From the NCBI GenBank assembly GCA_010093605.1, contig MU004184.1:1250801-1314800 (forward strand): a stretch of DNA of 64,000 bases, read 5' to 3'. Positions 47,000-59,942 of the stretch are shown here, in pieces; within the stretch, counting starts at the first letter, position 1, and each line of letters opens with the position of its first letter. The notes below the pieces were generated by a model that saw only the letters and a list, made by a program, of their open reading frames with translations, ran no database searches and had not been told where the DNA came from. This stretch comes from Lophium mytilinum. Taxonomy: Eukaryota. The position numbers and the translations under genes were made by a program.

Positions 47000-48455
47000 T
47001 CACTTGATGTGCACCTCAATGGCATCCATGTCCTCGATGTCGGAGCTCTTGATCATATCCTGTGGTTCTAGGAGATCGCCGTCGAAGAAGAGAGTTATTT
47101 GCTTGGTATCGGGAATTTTGCTATTGCGGCGAACTGCATTTGCAATTTCCTTGAATGTTGATTCCTGTGCACAGATTTTTAGTAAGTGTCGTGGGGTTCT
47201 CAATGTTTTAGAGAAACGTACAGGATTCACAACCAGCTTGAAATCCTCCATTCCTTTAGCCTTTAGTATCAATCTACATCTGGGCCGCGCTTTGTCAACT
47301 TCTTCCTCGTCATCTACCAAGCCTTCTACGGGCGCCCTTTCATGTATTCCTAGTTCGGCTCTTCTCTTCATTTCCGCGAGGATCTCCTCCGTGACTGCCA
47401 CCAAGTGCACCCTGTCTTCCATATCATCTTCGAAATCGTCCTGCTCATGCTTCTGCCGTAGATTCCCGTGAGCATCTACCTCCAGTCCAAGGCTACTCTT
47501 ACACGTGGCGATGTCGAATAGTCGACGGTTCCGGTAGGTGAGGAAAACCATGGCAGGCGTAATGCCCGGGGGGAAGGTTTGCTTGGCACACCAGACCGAG
47601 CGAACCTCTCCGAGTGGTTGCAATAGCTTCCGCGTGGCTATCAGGGGTTTCGTGCCCTCTATCGGAGATGTAATGAAGAGTTTTACAATGGGATTTGGTT
47701 TCTTTGGAGAGCTAGCGGTAGGGGTCACACTGGTGGGTGGATTGGGAGAGTGCGCCGCGTGTGGTCCACGGTCTCGCATTTGGAGGGTTATAGGCTCGGC
47801 AACCAACTCCACATCGTCGTCATCGTCTTCAAGTGTTATCGGCGTGGGCTGCCTGGGCAAGACTGGCTGTATCGAGGAATCGTCGGAGTCGTCTATGTCA
47901 CCAAGATCGATTATATGGCTGGTGACAACGTCATCGCGGGGTAATGAGGATCTGAGTGCTTCTTCGTAGCGCGCGGAAAGAGAATTGGAATCCGTATTCG
48001 AGCGAGTGGATTTGCGAGGACTGGTGAGGTGAGGAGTCCTACCTGAGCTACACGAAAGTCGGAGCATCAGCTACACTAGATTCGCAGGCATTCGCAGGCA
48101 TAGAACGAGGCAATACTACATACCCTTTTCTTGGGCTCCTGAAAGCAGGGCTCTCGCTCCCCTCTCCCTCTCTACTGGCCCGCCGCCGTTTTGCATGCCT
48201 CTCGCTCTCGTCACTCCTGCGTTTCTTGCGTCTTTCTTCTTTCTCCTTCTGCCTCGCCTTCTCTTCATCTTTCTTCTTTTGCTCCTCAACTATCTCGGCA
48301 AACACTCTGTTTGAGTGCCTGAAAGATTCCGGCTCTGTCTGTGGCGTCTCCGACTTGGTCTCCTCCGCCGTCGCCCAGGCTGGTCTCTTGAAGAACGATC
48401 GTTTCGCGGGTTTGGGGGTTTGCGCAGAGGGCGGGGGAACTACTGCGTCCGCCAT
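47000..48455 (-). CDS. Rad60/Esc2-like SUMO-like-domain protein
   Basis: KRSFFKRPAWA N-terminus, SIM-like IIDLGD/ITLEDD, and two SUMO-like domains (VKLFITSPIEGTKPL...FLTYRNRRLF; TLFFDGDLLEP...DIEDMDAIEVHIK). Intron near 48.05-48.12 kb and a stopless 57-nt intron 47165-47221. Confidence 0.85.
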
Positions 48456-48736
48456 GGATGCTTCTATTACAGCTGCGCGAGGGCGCTGAGGCTGTAGTGG
48501 TGGAGTGCCCAGTGGTTGACGATGTGCGGGCAGGGTTCGCGAGTTGACAATCGCGAAAGTAAAGTGAACCGCGAACAATTAGTGGTCCGTGCGCCAGCAT
48601 CGATATCTTTCGTCGACCTCATGTAATATCAATCACTCAATTACTTGACTTGCCGCACTACCACTTTCTTGATCCCCCTTCCCACCAAGTTGAGAACTCG
48701 AGTACTGCAGCGGAAACAGCTCCTCGAACAGACAAC

Positions 48737-49238
48737 ATGGAAAACGGCGCGGAAGACACGAAAGACCCGTCCGGTTTCCTAACCAACATCATCGGCAAGA
48801 ATGTCCTCGTAAAGCTCAACTCTGGGGTGATCTACAAAGGTTAGTCATCTGCTGAGCATGATTTTACCCCTGATTTCTCTTTTCTAGTCTCTGTTTCCTG
48901 GTCTTCCTCATATAAGTCTCACTCATTTTCCCGCTCTTCCCCGCATTCCTCTGCGGATATTCACGTCTCTCTTTGTCTCACCTCTAGCTCTGGATATTCA
49001 CTCATATTTTCAATTTTAGGCCGGCTCCAATCCGTTGATGGTTACATGAACATCGCGCTGGACGACTGCAACGAGTGGTCTGAGGGTCAAGAAGTCCGCA
49101 AGTATGGCGAAGCCTTTGTGCGGGGGAACAACGGTAGGACTTGCTCTTTCCCCCATTCTCAACATCCGAGTGCTCTCATTCTTCGCAATAGCACAGCTAC
49201 TGATGTTAATAGTGCAATACATTTCCGCCGACACATGA
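48737..49238 (+). CDS. LSM6: U6 snRNA-associated Sm-like protein Lsm6 (3 exons)
   Basis: DPSGFL..IIG..V.VKLNSGV.YKG|RLQSVDGYMNIAL...YGEAFVRGNN|VQYISA; Sm1 and Sm2 motifs. Confidence 0.93.
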
Positions 49239-49946
49239 GCCAGGATGCAGCAGGGGGGTGAAAACGGAACGGCATAGGCAAAGGCGTATGTCTGGTGGGT
49301 GGGTTTAGGCTATGATTTCAGATGGGAACGCGGGTGAACCCATTTGCATTTGACTGTCTCATGCGAGTTCAAGCCTGCATATCAAAATACCCCGGACAAC
49401 AGTACCCAATTCGCAAGACCTAATCGTAGTTGACTTAATCTTCTGACTCCAAAGAAGGGGTATTCAACGTTTTCGTTCACTGAAAGTATCATCCGAAAAT
49501 TTCATCAAGCACCACAAACTAGGTTGTATACAGCCGACGACCTCATAAACGTGTGAGTGTCGAAATCGGATTACAGTTTCGCTATTTCAAACATGAGTGT
49601 TATACACGCTGTGATCAGCTCATTCCTGCTTCATCCTAGTTTGCCAGTTGCGTGTGTAGTGCATTGGGATAGTGTGACAGGCCCGGTCAGTAGAGAATTT
49701 CGCAGTAGCGCAAGCCGTCCTCCAGGCGAATTTGATCGCGCTTCGATCGATGTCGAAGCCGTCCAGGCGAACGATATCCGTTCTATGACAATCGTGGAAG
49801 CAAAAGATCCCGCTACATCGGAGACTATATATGGTCAACCGGTCGAGCGCATTTGAACGCTCAGTCCATAGCAAAGCTGGACCAGCCTCTCTCCATCATG
49901 TGAGAAAATCCAGGGCTGATCGACGACCAGGTTCAAGCCTGTTCCC

Positions 49947-50529
49947 CTACGCCTTCTCTGCTTGCTTCTTTTCCGTCAACGCCCGCAGCTCGTCCTCGAG
50001 TTTCGATATTTCTGCTAAGGGCGAAGGTCAGCCGGGTGCTCCTTGAAGCCGTCCTAACTCTCCCAATAGAGTCATTCCGTAGCAATATATCACGCACCAC
50101 TCTTTTCATCCTTGATATCCAAGCTCTCCAACTTCATCCACCCCCAGTAGATCAATTGATACGTGAAGAGCGCGCCGAGAAAGGTTTTTAGGATCGGGGA
50201 GCCGAAGGTAGAATAGAAAGCACGCTATTATTCGCAGAACCATTAGCCAACGTATCGATATACACTAATCATCTACAACATGCAAGCTCATGAGACGGAT
50301 ACAAATGACGAAGTGATATGTGAATTTTCAAGAATATCCATCCCAGACAACAACGTACATGCGCATTCCTCTCTGTCTGACTCTTTCCCTCCGGTTTATT
50401 TGGCGGCTGATACTCTACGTATCCCCTCCTTCCACCTAGCCCCGCTGCCCTCCGCAGCCCCATAAGCTGCGGCGCAATCCCTAACCGCATCGCACTCGCG
50501 CCAGTGACGGCGACTCGGGAATGCAACAT
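49947..50529 (-). CDS. Small mitochondrial inner-membrane protein, Ina17-like (3 exons)
   Basis: Arg-rich presequence, AFYSTFGSPILKTFLGALFTYQLIYWGWMKLE (single TM), coiled-coil tail EISKLEDELRAL. Confidence 0.65.
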
Positions 50530-50892
50530 CGCCAGCGCACTCAGGCAACAGGAATTACTCTCCTAACAGCTGGCAATAGAAGTCGATGGCAAGCAGCAGA
50601 GCTCGCTAAAGGGTGAGCGCTGGGAAATCGCAACGTGGTCTTTGGGGGTGGTCTCCAAGGTAGATGGAGCTAGGAGCGGACATAAAGTTTGGGGAGAGGT
50701 GTCGTTTCCGAAGTTAAGCATCACCGAGCCAGAACACGCCCATCCTTCCACAAAACCACCGCAATAGAGTACCACCTTCAGACATTCCACACTCTTAAAA
50801 GGTCGCTTGGATTACTCACTTGCTCCATCAAACTTCAAACCTCTATCCAAGCTACACCCTACGTCGAACAGGCCTCTCGATCCTCCTCCGCA

Positions 50893-51411
50893 ATGGTATG
50901 CCCCCTCCTCCGCTCCCCGTCGCCACCATCCGCATACCCACTCTTCTCTAACACATAGATAGGCCCAAACACCCCAGCAGCGCGCGGCGAACGCCAAGTT
51001 CGCAAAATCCGAGGCGGCGAAGCGCGGCAAGCCCCAGAGTGCCATTAAGCATAAGCAAGACTATAAAAGCCCAATTGGCAAGGGGGCCATAAGTAAGCCA
51101 CATGAACATTCACATACCTACAAGATATCAGGAGAGAAGAGGAACACGCCAGCAGAAGCTTCTTAAGGGGCCCTTTGAACCAGGAGGAGAAGCTGGCTTA
51201 TTAGGCTTGCCTAGAGAGAGGTGGAATACTTGCGCCGACGTTGCGCAAAGTTCAGACCTCGCTACGATTCAGTTCCTTGGAATCAGTACAGCGCAGAATC
51301 GAGAAGCCGCTGAAAGGATGCTTTGCTAATGCGACTGCGTCTTTAGTTGTCCTGCTCTTCGCCCTCGCCGGCGGTGCCATCTTCGAGATCGCCCGTCTAT
51401 TAAACTTCTAA
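50893..51411 (+). CDS. RAMP4/SERP1 (Ysy6-like) ER tail-anchored protein; introns 50896-50962, 51093-51346
   Basis: ATG-only first coding exon, then AQTPQQRAANAKF...KSPIG and C-terminal TM IVLLFALAGGAIFEIARL. Confidence 0.88.
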
Positions 51412-51884
51412 ACTCCGCGCTTCCTCCATATCACCGTCACAACACACACTGGAATCAAATCAAGAGGGGATACAACTAGTTGCGGATCTTTGATTAAGTT
51501 ACACTGTGCAATTGGTTCCAAAACTCGATTGGGTCTTCTCGAGCGGATAGAGTGGTCTAAAAGGTGGATTCTTCAACTTCATTATCAGGGAGTGGACGTG
51601 TATTCTTGTGCTTGGGAACGGCGTTTGGGTCACGGATTCTCTGGGTAGGGATGTGGGTTTGAGTTTCTACATTCGCGAAGCATATACCAATCCTAAGTCT
51701 TGCCCAACTCGGAAGTGCAGAATGAGATTCTATGCAATGTGCTTTAAAAGGTCTTCATGGGGAACGGCGATCTGAACGATATCTGAGATGGGGGGGTTAC
51801 TCATTTCATGCTTGTATGCCGTCCCGATGCACCTAGACCACCCTTAACATGCATACCAACGCCTCACATGCATCCAAAGGACCG

Positions 51885-54800
51885 CTAAACGATGTCTCGA
51901 CTTCCGGTCTCCGCGACAGGCTCATCAGGAAGCGCTTGCCTCTTCTTCTTCCGCTTTTTCGGCTTGACCACACCCTCTGCGCCATCCCCTGGCGCGTCGC
52001 CACCTGCATTTTCCTCGGACTTTGCCTTGTTCTTTTTCTTCTTCTTCACAGCTAGGCCCTCTTCATGATCACCCTCGGGCAAGCTACCCATGTCAACCTC
52101 CCTTGTCTCCTCCGGTGCCTCCATAACCGCCTTCCTAGCTTTCTTCTTCTTCCTTTTAACCAGCGTCCCATCTGGAGGCGCATCTCGCGCCTGGATTCTC
52201 TCCGCTGCCCTCTGCATCTCCAGCCGCAGCCTCTCTACCTCCTTCAACGCCTTCGCCATCTCCGCCTCCTCCTGTTCTCTCCTCTCGATATCCAGCTTAC
52301 TCGTTCCAGCCCCATCATCCTCCAAGCTCAGCGAGCCAAGACCCGAGGAATCAACTTCGAGTAAGCTCTTCTTGCCCTTCGCTTGGGCAGAGCGCACGAG
52401 GTCAGGGCGGGAGCCATCGCGAGAGGAGGTGGCTTCATCGGGTCCAAGGGTCTCATCGACAATGATCTCGACGTTGCGGCGGGGTTTGCGCTTGGGTTGG
52501 CGATGCGCCTCATCCCGTTCCCGCCCACGCTCCTGTTTTTCGAGGTCGAGATCCATGATGGGGATCGCGTCAATGTCGAGCTCTTCGCCATTGCTGTTTT
52601 TGAGGATGTTGTGGAGCGGAGTGGAGACGCCGGAGTCACGATCGCGATCCGGGTCGATGTAAAACGGGTCGTCTTTGTAACGTTCGCGCCGTTCAGCTTT
52701 CCGGCGGGCGAGAATATCGGAGTCCAGGTATTCATCCTCGGTGGCATTTTGATAGGATGAGGGTTGTTCGGCTTTCGGAGTATCGAGGCGGTCGGCAGCG
52801 GAGATAGAGATAGAAGGTTCGGAATGGGTGCCTATGCGCTCATTGTACGCTTGGTATACGTCGTCTTCGTCGGCGTCAGAGATGGTTTCTAACTCCGCTT
52901 GCTGGAGGATGTGTTGAAGATTCGCGTTGATGGGGGTATCGAGATCCAGGTCATCCGGGAACGGAACCTTCCGTTGTGCTCCAGGAGCAACAGGATTGAT
53001 CTCCAGTCCTGTGAAAAGGGCCGGTATCGCTTGAGTGAGGAGTAGCGGTGGATCTACAAAATCTCCATTGTCATTTCCGGTCTCCGTGCCCGAGGCAGCT
53101 TCGGAGGCAAGCCGCATCAGCTCCAAGTACTCCACTGCCCGCTCTTGGACTTCGAGGCTAGGATGCATGGCGAGCGGCTCGAGAAAGTGAACAACTCTTG
53201 CCATTAGTAACGTCAAAAGGGTTCTCCGCTGCGGTGTCCAGGATATCTGATCGTTCCCAGCCATGCTTGCGAAAACCTTTGGAATAGCCTGGAGATAAAC
53301 CGCGAGTGTTCTAGAAGGGAGGTGTGATGCCGAAGTATGAAGTAGCGACGTCATGACACCATCTGGTCTCGTAAGCAAGTCTGCATACTCTCCTACCATC
53401 CAACCTGCACACTCCAGTACTCCTTGGCCGCCATTCCCAGTGATAGGGAACATCTGGTCTCGTTGTTCAACAAGGACAAGTGATTGCGCTGCTTCCAACG
53501 CTTCAGGACGTACACTCCTGACTCTAACTGCCACATTCCGTAGCTCTTGGCCGATCTCATACGATATGTCGCCGTGGTTGCCAGATGTCGAGAAATCGGC
53601 GTCCTCAGTGCCGTCCAAGTTCGCGCTCGTTTTAGTCGCAGGACACACTCTGATAAGTTGGACTAAGACATCGACATACCAGTCGAAGTCGCTGATGTTA
53701 GTGTATGTGTCCCTCGAGCACATCCCTAATATTTTCTGTATGACACTAATCCGATAATCCGCAGGTAATGGCGGGGCTTGATTTGACTTCTTCTCAACTC
53801 GGAGTGACTCTTCTGCATCCGAATCGTCAGAGTCTGCCACTGGGATGACGCCGGTCTCTCTTGCTCTGTCGTTTACTGGAACGTCCGTCGCAGATGCTAT
53901 TGGCGAGTTTCGGAGCTGTCGCATGAGCCGTCCAACGATTGCTGTGAGATTGTCGTTATTTACCATCCCCACGACGAGATTGAGAGCACCCGTCCGAATG
54001 GAAATATCGGCATCGTCTATGCACTCCAGAATCACATCTTGGTGAACCGCGACAATGTGTGGATGAGACTGTACAATCTTGTCGAACGCTAGTAACGCCA
54101 CGTATTTTACTAATCACATATGAGACTTTGCACCAATGTGTTCTCAGGACGAGGTGCTTACGATTTGCGTCACCTTCTATCACCATCATCCCGCGTAGCT
54201 TGCCCACGCATAAATGAGCGATGTCTTCCCCTTCGGCTGTTCCCTCGACAGCTTCAAGTATCCCACCTTGTATTATGCCATTTATACACTCGTACAGGAG
54301 ACTCATGGCCGCTGTCTCTTTTATAATCTTGGTTAGCGGAGGGAGTAGTTTCTTTATGAGCCGTGGCTCCAGGGGTGTCAAAGTTGCGAACTAAGACTGA
54401 GTGAGTAAAAGATTCAACAAGAAAGTGGTGTATATCCCTACAAGTTTGATAATCTTGATTGCCATCCAATTATTCCCTCCTTCTACAAGCAGATCAAAAA
54501 GCCTGGGAGCCAGAGGCAGAAAGTCTTGAGGTCTCCGCCAGCCCAGTTCACAGACCACGTTTACTATGGCCGCGGTGACACTGGGGTCTTCGTTGTCGTC
54601 CAGTAACCGCTCCTTAATCTTTGGCCAGGCAGGTCGTAGGGTTTCTGGGTAGACTAGTGCCAGTCGATAGAGTGTCACGATGGTTTTCTTCCGTATTGAT
54701 GCTTGAGAGTGCGTGAGGCGTGGAATTAGGTCCGACAAGACCGAGTTGGCCATTGAAGGGTTGATGACATGTGGAATAGCGATTAGAGGCAATGATATGA

Positions 54801-55302
54801 CCGTGGGTGTTGACGACGAGATGTCCTAAGCCAGTATCAGCGATTATTCCTCTCCTCTCTCTCAGCCTCGCGTACCTTCTTCAACTGGTTCTCCGCAAGC
54901 ATCAACACCTCGGTGTCCCTTCGAAAGCTCTGGACTGCAGCCAAATACCCAGTGCGCTTGTGTCGGTACTTCTGAGATGACATGACCTCTAGAACGTTGA
55001 ATGAGGCCCAGGACATGTCGTGTCCGAACATCTCGAGGTAGGTGAGCTTCATGAGGGCAGTGGATTTGAGATCTATATTTTATTCAGCTTTACAATCCTG
55101 TTTATGCCTGCCCAGCTCGCGTACCCATATCATTGCTCCGGATCTCTTTCCTGCATTCCTTAATGCTCTCCTGTATATATTCCCGCTCGTTGCCCTTGTG
55201 GTTTCGCAAACCTCGAATGAGGTCGTACAGCGATTTCTCGAACCTATAAGAACTGTCAGCTATATGCTACACGTTTGCGAGAAATAGGACTATATCCTAC
55301 AT
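51885..55302 (-). CDS. APL5: AP-3 complex delta adaptin (multi-exon)
   Basis: MFEKSLYDLIRGLRNHKG (ATG split AT|G by intron 1), KLTYLEMFGHDMSWASF, EPRLIKKL, AMSLLYECI, DADISIR, Lys-rich C-terminus. Confidence 0.95.
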
Positions 55303-55690
55303 GGCGGCGGTATTACTAGAGCTCCTCCAGTATCAAAAAGCTAGAACACAGTTCGTGGAGGGGTACGTCGGTCGTAGCGGGGATAGCCAAGAGGCATGTT
55401 CACCGGCTGTGGGAGGTCATGGAGGGAAATTAAGGTGAACAAGTCATGAGCTTCCGTCTGGGCTCTTGATTGTGAAACCGGTAGAGCTCTAGTGCGTCTA
55501 CCAGCGTTGTCCCAGTGAATGATGTCGTCGTCAGATCACGGGCCCACGGCCGTGTTTCCTCCGAGAGCTCTCTAAAATCAAACACCATGCCAAGCATCTC
55601 GACAAGCAACGTCGCATAGCTTCACCTAATTCCAATTCGCCCATACCGACCCCTCATAATTGCTATACCATCATTTCAACGCCAGAAACC

Positions 55691-56726
55691 ATGTCCGCAA
55701 CTCTCCTGGACCCCCCGCCGCACATCTCCCCGCCGACTGCCCTCCATCTCTCCCAACAAGCTCCCCTCGTTCTCGCATCCTCTCCCGCCAGCTCGCTACC
55801 CTGGCCCATTTCGCTCCTCACATCCTCCGAGACACCAGAAACATGGTCGATCCACGAAAATCTGCTCCTCGCATGCCTACGGACGGGCGACGACAGGTCC
55901 GCGCGACAGGTGCTAGACCGCATGGTCGCGCGATTCGGGGACGAGAACGAGCGCGTAATGGCTCTGCGGGGATTATATGAGGAGGCAGTCGCAAGGGACA
56001 AGGGCTCTTTGGAAAAGGTGTTGAAGGAGTACGAGACTACTATTAAGGACGACCCGACGAATATGCCCATCCGCAAACGCCATATCGCCCTCCTCCGGTC
56101 CCTCGGCCGCCCCACGGATGCCATCGCAGCACTGACGTACCTCGTCGACTCGTCCCCGACCGATGCCGAGGCCTGGGCCGAACTCGCAGATCTCTACGCC
56201 TCCCAGAATCTCCTTCCACAGGCAATATACTCTCTTGAAGAAGTTCTCTTGATCACGCCGAACGCATGGAACATTCACGCGCGCATAGGGGAGCTGCTGT
56301 ACCTCTCTGCTATCTCAAATGGAGAGGGAGGAGCATCCTATAAGGGGCTTGCGGAAGCGATGCGCCGATTCTGCAGGAGCGTGGAGCTAAACGACGGATA
56401 CTTGAGGGGATTCTATGGGTTGAAGCTTGTAAGTTTACCTAGTGTTGAATGGAGGCTTTGATACATGCGGCATACTAATCGCAAAATAGACCACTAGCCG
56501 CCTCCTTACCCTCCAAGTACCCAAGCGCAACGACAGTTCCGCCGAAGACCTTCCCCTGCCCCCGGTCACCACCATTGAGAAGCTGAACGAGCTCGCGACG
56601 ACCAAGCTAGCGGAGATAGTGCGGCGGGGGTCGGCGAAGGAGTCCGGATGGGGTGGATATGAAGAGGCGGAACTCATCGCGGCGCGCGAGCTCTTAAATC
56701 GAGACGGTGCGAATGTGGTGCGGTGA
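55691..56726 (+). CDS. EMC2: ER membrane complex subunit 2 (TPR protein); intron near 56429-56489
   Basis: WSIHENLLLACLRTGDD, RVMALRGLYEEA, DPTNMPIRKR, PTDAEAWAELADLY, RFCRSVEL.DGYLRGFYGLKL. Confidence 0.92.
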
Positions 56727-57408
56727 GTCTGCATTGTAGGAGTCTGGGGTCAGCTTCACGGTATTGTACATGCGCAGTTTTCTTGCATATCAAAGAAACT
56801 ATTTCAGAGGGTCTTGGTCTTTACATCACGATAGATGAATGCTCCTGAGGCCGGGGGCGCCTTAGATGGCTATGCGCTGCCCCAGCCGCGTTGTACATCT
56901 TCAATCTATGGTGGGAGATGAACTTGTTGGACTAACCGCGTGGTGAAATATAGAGTGCTGATTCACAGTATCAGTACCTTTACATCAATGATTCAACCAA
57001 GTTCAATAGATCGGGGGTGTCTTACAAAGCTAAACACTACCCTAGCCGCTGAGTAAAATCTGTTCAGTCTAGAGTTAGAGGTGATTTCATAGGCTCATCG
57101 CATGGCCAAACGATGGATTCCGATTCGCAGCGTTATAGCTTTAATATTGATGAAGGGATACAGCTCGATAGGCCTGGCGTGCTTCGCAACGGTATACAAT
57201 GCCCCAGCAGCTACAACACGGACAGCTGATCTCGAAGTACGTGCAAAACTTAGGGGCCAATAGCTTGTAGACATGACTGCCTGATTCACAGCGTGCTAAC
57301 TATGGCATTGATAAGCCGTTGGCGCTGCCACCCTAGGACTGAGGTGTGCTCGACAAGAATGTGCTTAGGGAAATGAAGAAGTGAATGAAAGTCGACGCCG
57401 ATCATGGA

Positions 57409-57482
57409 GCTGATGCAGTCCGAGCCCGTGTTGATGCTGATGCAGTCCGAGCCCGTGTTGGCGCTGATGCAGTCGGAGCCCG
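57409..57482. repeat. 27-bp tandem repeat, about 2.7 copies
   Basis: GCTGATGCAGTCCGAGCCCGTGTTG(AT/GC) repeated in tandem. Confidence 0.85.
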
Positions 57483-57585
57483 CGATAGGCCAGAATCAGC
57501 CAGAGGTGTGGCGCCCTGGGGTGTGGCATCCTGAGGTGGAGATTCCTTGGCTGCAGTACCTTGACGTGAAGGAAGCGGAGGTGGG

Positions 57586-57680
57586 GACCCTGAGGTGGAG
57601 GACCCTGAGGTGGAGGACCCTGAGGTGGAGGACCCTGAGGTGGAGGACCCTGAGGTGGAGGACCCTGAGGTGGAGGACCC
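57586..57680. repeat. 15-bp minisatellite (GACCCTGAGGTGGAG) x6
   Basis: Six identical contiguous units at 57586-57675 plus a partial unit; degenerate units flank the array. Confidence 0.95.
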
Positions 57681-57911
57681 CCCCTGAGACAGAGCGCCCT
57701 GAGGCGGAGCACCAGACTTGCTTCGCATGGGCTACCACTACCGCAGCCGCGAAGTGTCTCGCTGCTAATTTAGACCGAGAGGAATCTTCTTAGGCTAGAT
57801 GGGATGTGAATGTTAGGGTTCTAATTTACCGTGAGCCGACTTTGACGTCAAACTCGGCGTTCCCGAGGTTTTTTCCGTCAACAGTTTGAAGAAGTTCGGT
57901 TGCGATGCTGT

Positions 57912-58157
57912 TTGCTTTCCTTTTCCGCTTGTATAATCGTGCAGCAAGTACAGAAATAGCTCTTAAGATATTTGTAGAAGCCATTCCCCTTAAGATTATA
58001 TTTATAGCGGAGTTCCATTTCTTGCACGGCTGGCTTGCTTTCCTTTTCCGCTTGTATAATTATGCAGCAAGTACAGAAATAGCTCTTAAGATAGTTGTAG
58101 AAGCCATTCCCCTTAAAACTATATTTACGGCGGAGTTCCGTTTCTTGCACGGCTGGC
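57912..58157 (-). pseudogene. PLAC8-like Cys-rich C-terminal segment present as a 123-bp tandem duplication
   Basis: Each unit encodes ELR.KY...GNGF..YL.SYFC.CC.IIQAEKE, close to the PLAC8 pattern R.KY...G....D.L...CC.CC...Q.E.E. No PLAC8 N-terminal half was found upstream. Confidence 0.65.
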
Positions 58158-59657
58158 TGCGCCGCTAATCGAGGGACATGAGTTTTGGGCGCAGGATCAG
58201 TTAACGCGGATAAGTGGACGCAGTTTGCCCAAACTAGCCTAGAGATGATCCGCTCAACGCATCGTTCTTCACCAACAGCGAGCATGCCATTCCAAAATGA
58301 CGCCGCCAAAGTACCGAAGGAAGCAGTTTGCGATCTGGCCTCCAGGAGACCCCTCAACCTCATCGCCCACACGCTCCCAATGCGCTGGCCTTACAAATCT
58401 ATAAACTTTGCAACCCCTAGACGTGCTTCGCACGTGCGAACAGTACCCCACCCGCAATCTCCTATACTTCTGATTTAAAGCGGAGCGAGATTGTATGTCA
58501 TTTAGGGTGTAGAAAGTCGAGTGTCCAATTCACAATGTTCTGGCTTTGACATCCTTGATGCATTGTTTCCGAAACCCCTGAACGTGCTTCATACTTGTCA
58601 ACACTACCCCAGAGGCAATGCAACTTGCTGCTCAAATCGAAGTAGGGGAAAATCTTATGGTGCGGACGACATATACATGGCATGGTTTTGAATCACGGTG
58701 CTCGAACTTTGACATCGTCGGTTTAATAATCTTGCAACCCCAAGACGTGCTTCACGCGGTGTAGCGAACGTGCAGGAGTGATATTCTTGATTGTTCTAAA
58801 TACACTCGACGGAAAAAACATCCATGTTAACACATTTTTGCATTATCATGGAGGCTGTTGAAGGTATAGAAACATCTAAAAAAATAGCGACCCGAAATAC
58901 GCTTCTCCAAACTTAACATCCCCCTCGAATTTTCTTGGACAACGAGGGCACCCCTGACGGCGTCAGGAGCCCGACAAAGCTTGAGTCCAGCGGAACAGAT
59001 CTAGACATCAATCACAAAGCAGGCAGAGGAGGCTTCAGGCAGATGAGCGGCGGAGAAAACGGTCTTCATTACGGCCCCAATCAGGGCACCGAGCACAACA
59101 CGAACGCAAAACAAACAAAAAAAACAAGTCTAAAAAGTCAACCCCCGGACACCACCCCGCAAATCAAACCAAGAACTTTTCGAAAACAACAGACAGCGCG
59201 AATCGGGCGGCGAGAGCGGCGAAATTTCCAGGTCGAAAAAGGTGGCGGCCGGCTCCGGGACGAACTGCAATAGGGGTATTAGCATGGGAAACGAAGTGTG
59301 ATTTGGAGGGCAGAAGACCTACACAGCAGACAGACGACGCGAACCAGGCGGACACCACAACCAGACGCCGGCAACCACCCCGGAAGCTGTGAGAAGATGG
59401 AATTCAGCAAGAGATCATGTTGTGATTTGGACTGGTTGGAAATGGGAAAAGAACTTACTCTTCACCCCTCACTGGAACCCCCAGAGCGGCACAACAACTC
59501 TCCAGGGCAACACGACCAGCCACGCCGCGCGCCAATCTTCCGAATGTTCAATCCGCCAGACGGCGGCCTCGAAGGGCACACCGAGCTCCCGCGCCGTGCC
59601 TTTTGTTCACATTAGCACCAGAAGCAACAAGGGAGAGGCGTGTAATGGGAGAAGAAG

Positions 59658-59942
59658 TCACATACAGTTCAGGCACCGGTTGACCCCAACCGAGCCCCGG
59701 AAGCCGTAATCCCCAACCGGGGTGCGGCAGTAGTGGTCCATTCGGACCACGAAACGGTGCACTTCGTGGCCACATGGGGCCCAGGCCATGTGCCACTGTT
59801 GGACGTGGTCTTCGAGCGACTCGGCCTCGATGAGGGCGAGGCGGCGTTGCTGGCGGCGGAGGCGGCGGGGCGACGTTGGGCGGGCACGGGGGCGGAAGTT
59901 GGCCACGATCTCGGCGATTCTGGCGGCGGATGGGGCAGACAT
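59658..59942 (-). CDS. Small (94 aa) hypothetical Cys/His protein
   Basis: ACCACCATG start, TATAAA at 60144-60139, CGH...HYC...CLNC ligand pattern. Confidence 0.45.
   Translation of the reverse strand: MSAPSAARIAEIVANFRPRARPTSPRRLRRQQRRLALIEAESLEDHVQQWHMAWAPCGHEVHRFVVRMDHYCRTPVGDYGFRGSVGVNRCLNCM

Noticed and set aside
57586..57680. Repeat array as a CRISPR candidate
   Set aside because: Units are contiguous with no unique spacers, no cas genes, eukaryotic context.
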